Origin: Diadema antillarum
Taxonomy: Eukaryota
Direction: 5' to 3'
DNA length: 64,000 nt
Assembly (NCBI RefSeq): GCF_040938485.1
Contig: NW_027271094.1
Location: 248,001-312,000 of the forward strand
Position 1 is the first letter of the stretch, and every line of letters starts with the position of its first letter. The translations under genes and the position numbers were made by a program. The notes under the pieces were generated by a model. The model searched no databases. It had not been told where the DNA came from and worked only from the letters and a program-made list of their open reading frames with translations. Below, one piece after another: positions 59,301 to 64,000 of the stretch.

Positions 59301-60694
59301 CTCTTTCAGGATTTGACTGACGAGGTCACGCGCTTTGCTAACCTTCTCCCACGCAGCTGACGTAAGCTGAACAACAATTTTTTAAAAAGGAGAAAGATAA
59401 CCTTTATTATCATGCTTCACACAACATCTACTCCCTCATATGATACATGTATGCACTCTTCACTCCTCACAGAGGAAAAGTTTATCTGACAATTTTGAGA
59501 CTTTATGCTGTTTTACATCCATCAGCTTATCTGCCTACAGTTGTATACAACTCAGGGTATTCATCTGACTAGTCAATCAGAAAAAAAAGGTCCTCAGCTC
59601 ATCTCTTCCGGGTTTCTTTGGCTGACAAGCCAAAAAAAAAGGGGGGGCCTTCAGCGGAATTTTTTGTGCCACTTACATACTTCCGGTTAAAAAAATGTGG
59701 AGGGCCCAAAGTGATGACAACTTATGTATTCCTTTGTATGGTGCACAAAAAGTGGGGTGGGGGGAGCCCCCCCCCCCCCCCCCCCCCCCCCCCCCGTTCC
59801 GCTGGCCATGCAAACCGCTCAGTGGGCTACAGGGGAGTCACCTTCCCTACGTGCAGCTCATACTCTACGCCTGTTCATGCATAGCAAGCATGCAGTGTGT
59901 TTGACTGCGTAACATTATATCAACCACCGCTTAAGCAAGAGCACCACTTAAACAGGAGAAAAGCTTGTCCTCCTACCCCTCCCGATTAAGCAGTGAGCAC
60001 TGTATTGGCGTCTGAGAAAAGAATAGGTAAGATTATATTCCACATACTAAGAATGTTGCAATAGGATTGGTCCAGAGCTGATCACGTGATGAAGCGTAGT
60101 TTTGCCCATCATATCACCTGAGAAGAAAAGTTTGTTACACTCTATGTTGATAGTCCCTTTTGTTTCGCTGATCTCCACACAGTCCACACAGTCCTAATGC
60201 AAGATGAGTATGCGCGAAATAAAAGTGCGTTGCACTGTGGACTATCATATGACCTAGGTCACTTGATAGTACACAGTGCAACGCACTTTCACTTCAGTGC
60301 CGCGCGGTGCGCGCAGGAAATTCATTGTTTTGTCATCTACGCGCACAGGTAGTCTAAGCCCTAAGGATAACTAAAGACAGCTAAAACGGTTTCAGATGTG
60401 GAATAAAATGGGAATTTCTAGGACCCTAGATGTGGAATATAAAGCAAATAATCAACTTTTAGTTTCAGGCAATGAGACAAACTATCACTTCCTCGGCGAT
60501 CTGAATGTGTACGCTATCTTTCCTCAGCTGCGCTTCGGAAAGACAGCTACATCCAGATCGCCTCGGAAGTGATAGTTTGTCCCATCACCTTCACCAACGT
60601 TGATTATTTGCTTACTAACCTCAATTTTGCGCTCTCCACGGCCAAGCTGAACAAGTTCCTCGGGAGAGAGACTGCATCCATCCAGGTAAATGAT
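37298..60694 (-). CDS. HAL: Histidine ammonia-lyase (histidase, HAL-a), 17 exons identified, 1647 nt / 548 aa; 5' end unresolved
   Basis: Exons 5'->3': 60694-60620, 59366-59294, 58223-58157, 55439-55276, 55053-54914, 52741-52694, 51685-51634, 49976-49881, 49297-49143, 48491-48411, 47756-47691, 43583-43505, 43094-43008, 41948-41814, 41117-41009, 40394-40325, 37447-37298. All GT-AG and phase-compatible. Motifs [16 protein letters not shown] (SH specificity His), [12 protein letters not shown] (MIO-forming ASG), [41 protein letters not shown]. Confidence 0.96.
37920..37953. repeat. (CT)n microsatellite
   Basis: Direct reading. Confidence 0.9.
38620..39933. mobile_element. DNA element with long TIRs (GGC..GCC ends, ATA flanks), Harbinger-like
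   Basis: About 110+ bp inverted arms (ggcacgaattcacgaaggtg..aaaccatggacaaaaaccatggagcgccaagtgtcgcatggaatatttc mirrored at about 39820-39933); ATA on both sides. Confidence 0.8.
38800..39012 (+). mobile_element. L2/Crack-like LINE RT C-terminal fragment inside the TIR element
   Basis: [47 protein letters not shown]. Confidence 0.75.
40325..40394 (-). CDS. HAL: HAL-a penultimate exon
   Basis: [23 protein letters not shown], donor GTGAGT. Confidence 0.94.
41009..41117 (-). CDS. HAL: HAL-a exon
   Basis: [35 protein letters not shown]. Confidence 0.95.
41814..41948 (-). CDS. HAL: HAL-a exon
   Basis: [44 protein letters not shown]. Confidence 0.96.
42097..42181. mobile_element. 85-bp piggyBac-like MITE
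   Basis: ttaa|cccgttgaggacg ... cgtcctcaacggg|ttac; reverse-oriented copies at about 32403-32491 and 29570-29655. Confidence 0.7.
42314..42392 (+). pseudogene. tRNA-Ala(AGC)-like sequence (tRNA pseudogene or SINE head)
   Basis: Perfect D-arm gctc-agtcggta-gagc, 7-nt loop ctAGCaa, T-loop ttcgaat; acceptor stem poorly paired, mismatches in anticodon and T stems. Confidence 0.6.
43008..43094 (-). CDS. HAL: HAL-a exon
   Basis: [28 protein letters not shown]. Confidence 0.95.
43505..43583 (-). CDS. HAL: HAL-a exon
   Basis: [26 protein letters not shown]. Confidence 0.95.
44683..45483 (+). mobile_element. Tsp/pearl/HINE-like (Helentron-associated) non-autonomous element
   Basis: 5' aacaag, subterminal IR gtccccgccgga (44721) / tcggcggggac (45469), four 148-158-bp tandem cores starting 44734, 44892, 45048, 45206, (GGAC/GACG)n microsatellite, 3' hairpin gtcccc..ggggac. 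Confidence 0.8.
46398..46777. mobile_element. TTAAAG..CTTTAA (Kolobok-like) MITE
   Basis: Internal IR gaggaattcaaagtttatttgatgaaaat / attttcatcacataaacgttgaattcctc; opposite-orientation relative at 56263-56665. Confidence 0.7.
47691..47756 (-). CDS. HAL: HAL-a exon
   Basis: [22 protein letters not shown]. Confidence 0.95.
48411..48491 (-). CDS. HAL: HAL-a exon
   Basis: [27 protein letters not shown]. Confidence 0.95.
49143..49297 (-). CDS. HAL: HAL-a exon
   Basis: [51 protein letters not shown]. Confidence 0.95.
49881..49976 (-). CDS. HAL: HAL-a exon
   Basis: [31 protein letters not shown]. Confidence 0.94.
50573..50775. mobile_element. Palindromic MITE
   Basis: ctatta..aattagtgcatg / catgcactatttgtataatag with central ggcctgcggcctcggtgaa. 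Confidence 0.55.
51634..51685 (-). CDS. HAL: HAL-a exon
   Basis: [17 protein letters not shown]. Confidence 0.94.
52031..52569. mobile_element. Tigger/pogo-like MITE
   Basis: ta|cagtgcactcccgttttaacga ... tcgttgtaacgggagtgcactg|ta, internal ttcgttataac repeats. Confidence 0.85.
52694..52741 (-). CDS. HAL: HAL-a exon
   Basis: [16 protein letters not shown]. Confidence 0.93.
52989..53147. mobile_element. Harbinger-like MITE
   Basis: gggccccatttcataaaaga ... tctttatgaaatggggccc. Confidence 0.75.
54373..54906. mobile_element. Second, more diverged copy of the 30583-31147 foldback MITE
   Basis: aaggacaagttcac ... gagaagactactacag ... gtagtcctctcatccag ... ggtgaacttgtccttt. Confidence 0.75.
54914..55053 (-). 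CDS. HAL: HAL-a exon carrying the MIO tripeptide
   Basis: [46 protein letters not shown]. Confidence 0.96.
55158..55215. repeat. 11-bp tandem repeat
   Basis: ggaatatatca about five times. Confidence 0.8.
55276..55439 (-). CDS. HAL: HAL-a exon
   Basis: [54 protein letters not shown]. Confidence 0.95.
56263..56665. mobile_element. Kolobok-like MITE, relative of 46398-46777
   Basis: gaggaattcacagtttatttgatgaaaattgg / ccaattttcatcaaataaactttcaattcc; ends ctttaa. Confidence 0.7.
58157..58223 (-). CDS. HAL: HAL-a exon
   Basis: [21 protein letters not shown], donor GTAAGT. Confidence 0.95.
59089..59248. mobile_element. MITE, CAGTCAACCTTGC family
   Basis: ta|cagtcagccttgcttaagtcgaa ... tttgactttatgcaaggttgactg|ta. 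Confidence 0.8.
59294..59366 (-). CDS. HAL: HAL-a exon
   Basis: [24 protein letters not shown]. Confidence 0.9.
60620..60694 (-). CDS. HAL: HAL-a exon (first identified)
   Basis: [25 protein letters not shown], donor GTTAGT. Confidence 0.9.
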
Positions 60695-63600
60695 CTGCAG
60701 TAGCATTTTAAAAAATTGTATACAACTCTAGGATTTGTATCACACCAAAATGCAGGCACAAGATCTCAAATGTAGAGACCAATGGCTCTTGACTGCATGA
60801 TAAACAAATGTTAGAGTGAGCCATTCATCAGGATTGTACTGCTGTAAGAGTCGGTCCTGAATGAATGATGGTGGAGCATCAAAGCAATGCTTTCACACAC
60901 AATGGTAATGTAGAGGTTGGTTCCAAAAACATTTTTAAGCCCATCATCTGGTCCCAACTCATCAGCCACTGGAATATGATGTCATATACAGTATTATGTA
61001 GGTCATTGTTCTGAGTGTCGTATGAATGCAAACTTACACAAATGATGTTCTAATGATCCCAACTCTTCTACATTTTTCTGAGAAACTCAAAGATTCTCTT
61101 ATCTGATGTCCCTCTATGCTGTTTTTAAAGTCAAAATATCCTCTTTTCTTGGTTATCAACCTCTATGACAGATCTAGTTTATGAATTTATGTAGCACTGC
61201 ACTCTGCTACACAATGGAACTTCACTTCCATCAGATATCTAGATCTGATATGAATGCTCTCTCATTGAATGGCATGCACAAATTCATCACTGTTCAATAT
61301 CAAGTTTCCTCTGCATGATCACTGGCACAAACATTATGGTGTATTTATATAAAACTCAGGGTTGGGAAGAATTGACTAAAAGTAAAACACACTCCACACT
61401 ATGATATTAAATTGAAAGTATATATGGAACGCTTCTAGTTATCTTTTTTCCAGCACTCTGTATTTGGCATTTCTATTCCTACCAGACATTCCCAAAACAT
61501 TAGGCCCATATTTTCAGCCTCAGTTCATTAACCTCTGAACTTTGACCCTGAGGGAGTTTTCTCAAAGTCTATAATTAGTACATCAACATCACATGTACAT
61601 GTAGCACACCTGTTCAAGGCATCTAGAAAATCTACTGATGGATTTTCCTTAAATCATAACACAGTGGAGGCATTAAAAAAAAAAAATCAGGGTGGGGTGA
61701 ATGGACAGAGGGACAGCCAACCAGAATTAATGACTCCAGCATTCTTCAAGACAGAGGCATAGAAAACAAATGGTTCACATTACCTACACTGCCAAAAGAT
61801 TCTTGACAACATTATCTATATTTTTCCCTTTTGAATTACATATAACTGTAATACAGTATGTCCCCCCACCCCCCCCCAAAAAAAAAAAAAACTAAAAAAA
61901 AAAACATTTTTTCACATTGATAACACCCAATATGATTAAATTGTCTAGATGCTACTTCAGGGTCTTAAAATATAACATTTTAGCTCTATTTTGCTGAAAA
62001 CCCCATTCGATTTGGTTAAGTGGTCACAGAAAAATGTGGATTGTTGTAAAGCATGTCATGATCGAGTCTGATTCTTCCAAGTTCAGCACTTCAATGATCT
62101 TGTGTGTGAATACAATAGACTGAACTTGGAGGGAAGAGATTCCTGACATGCTCTACAAAATTCCTCATTTCTATTTGACCACTGAAGCAAATCGAATGGG
62201 GTTTTCTGTAAGATGTGGGCAATGAGTTATAGTTTCATACCCTGAATTTGTATTTAGATTGATTACTATTTTTAAAGATGTCATTGCGGATGGTCCCATT
62301 GTAATTTTTTTGGGAGAAATACGGTACTTTTGAGCTACCATGAATTTCATGAATGGTGCACTCCTGTCCATATAACAAAGTCATCAGGAGCTGTGGTTCT
62401 CTTCCATTGATAATTTTTATTGACATCTTTCACAAGCACTTTCCTTTCAAAAATGTTGGCTCCTCGCAAAATTTGCAAAAGCTTCATGCATGCACAAACT
62501 TTATAATAACTACTGTAATTCCCAACTGTATTAATTTCATGAAATTATTTCATGAAATTCAATTTGATTTTAAAAGAAAAACAACATGTCACATCTGTTC
62601 TGATATTGATGAGTCACAGGTTAATTCTGCTAAAGGAACAATGTCACTTTGACCTTGAAAATTTCACAGTGCTGAAGTTGCATGAGCAAAACAACAACAT
62701 GACAAGCTGTTGTAGGCAGATTGCCAGCAAAAATGAATGGACAAAAACAACAACAGAGGACTACAAAATAAAATGTGACAAAGAACACTGAACTATGTAA
62801 GCACACTTCAATGTCATTTCTGGATCTAAACCAAGTTGAGTTGGTTTCGTTGGTGAAATGTATAATAGAAGCCTGTACATGAAAGTGTCATAGTGTGCAT
62901 GAAGAGTATGGCCTCATGCTGTACCAGCTAGTATACCATGACGTTTGTTGGCTGGAATCTGTCACTACCCTCACCTGTTTCTGATGTAATCCATTACCGT
63001 ATGATCTGGTGATGATACATGATGCATAGTTAAGGCCCTTTATGAAAGAGTCCACAGTCTTCACATTTTCACACCACCACGCAAAAGTGTAGAAATTATA
63101 CACATCATAATGAAAAACACAGCAAATTCTTGTTTGCAATTACTTTCATAGTTCATGAGTAAGATTTTTGTTTCATAGTGTGGGTGTGACAGGTCACTTA
63201 CAATGTGTAATATTAAGTTTTTATACTTTCCAAAAAAATTTACTGTGAACTCAGGGCTAAATGGTATGTAGCTCTGTACTGAGCAATCATAAAATACCAA
63301 TTATGTCATTATTTGAAATCATCTTCCGTCATTTACCCAAGCTTGTAAATAGTTAATGTCTTCATGCAATCCTGATATAAGATCATTCAGATGGTTTTAA
63401 TCATTTCACCTTGGCCTTCAGAAATTATCATTATTATTTTTTGTTTTTGATTATTATTACTATTATCATTATCATTATCATCATTATTATTAAATTATTA
63501 TTATCATTATCATTTATTTATTTACACATGTATCTACATTGTATTCATTTATTTGTTTATTCATTCATTCATTTATATATATATTTACTTATTTATTTGG

Positions 63601-64000
63601 CATTTGCAAGACAATACAAGTGACAACAGATTTAAACAAACAAAACAAGTGAAATACAAGGGTACAAGATGTCAGGCTTTCCCTGGTGTGCTTCCCTAAG
63701 TTGCACAGTTCGAAAAAAAAAGCAATCAAAATCACTGTATATGTAGGCCTACAGTATGTACATGTATTAGTTAAAACAGAAGGAAAGGCAATATTCTACA
63801 TGCTTACTACCACACGCCCCATCATCTGGAGCATCATTTTAGCCAAGTGCAAAAATAGCAATCCTTTGGAAGTTAACTTTAACTTAAAGAAACTTCATGG
63901 CAGCTGCCCGCTGCCAGAACTCACCATAGCCCTTGGTAATACACGATTGTATGGTATTTGAAACAGATGGTCTAATAATCCAATCATAATCTAAAATCCA

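Noticed and set aside
3976-60694. Horizontal transfer of a bacterial hut operon
   Set aside because: Both genes are intron-rich, with animal-type sequence and intron positions largely matching vertebrate orthologs as I recall them.
61038-61118. Candidate upstream HAL-a exon (IEGHQIRESLSFSEK.., AG acceptor, GTAAGT donor)
   Set aside because: Only a 3-residue resemblance to vertebrate IEGD; it ends in phase 2 and I found no bridging micro-exon to the phase-0 exon at 60694. Not excluded, but unsupported.

Overview
Eukaryotic, intron-rich, AT-rich genomic DNA. The repeat types suggest a marine invertebrate deuterostome, probably an echinoderm (inference). The window holds three histidine-catabolism loci: (1) the last two exons of a histidine ammonia-lyase (HAL) paralog on + at 55..571; (2) a complete 18-exon urocanate hydratase gene (UROC1, +, 3976..25184, 679 aa); (3) a second HAL on - with 17 exons (37298..60694, 548 aa visible, 5' end unresolved) and intact MIO/catalytic motifs. 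The layout is HAL-b > UROC1 > < HAL-a, a compact hut-like cluster with a duplicated HAL whose copies have divergent C-terminal tails. The six-frame ORF track misses most of this because the exons are short. UROC1 intron 13 carries a decayed intron-containing DNA transposase, itself interrupted by a 5'-truncated CR1 LINE with a reconstructible empty site. The remainder is MITEs, LINE 3' ends, a Tsp/pearl/HINE-like element, tRNA-derived fragments and microsatellites. Exons were assembled by hand from GT-AG sites and recalled homology; no database search was run.
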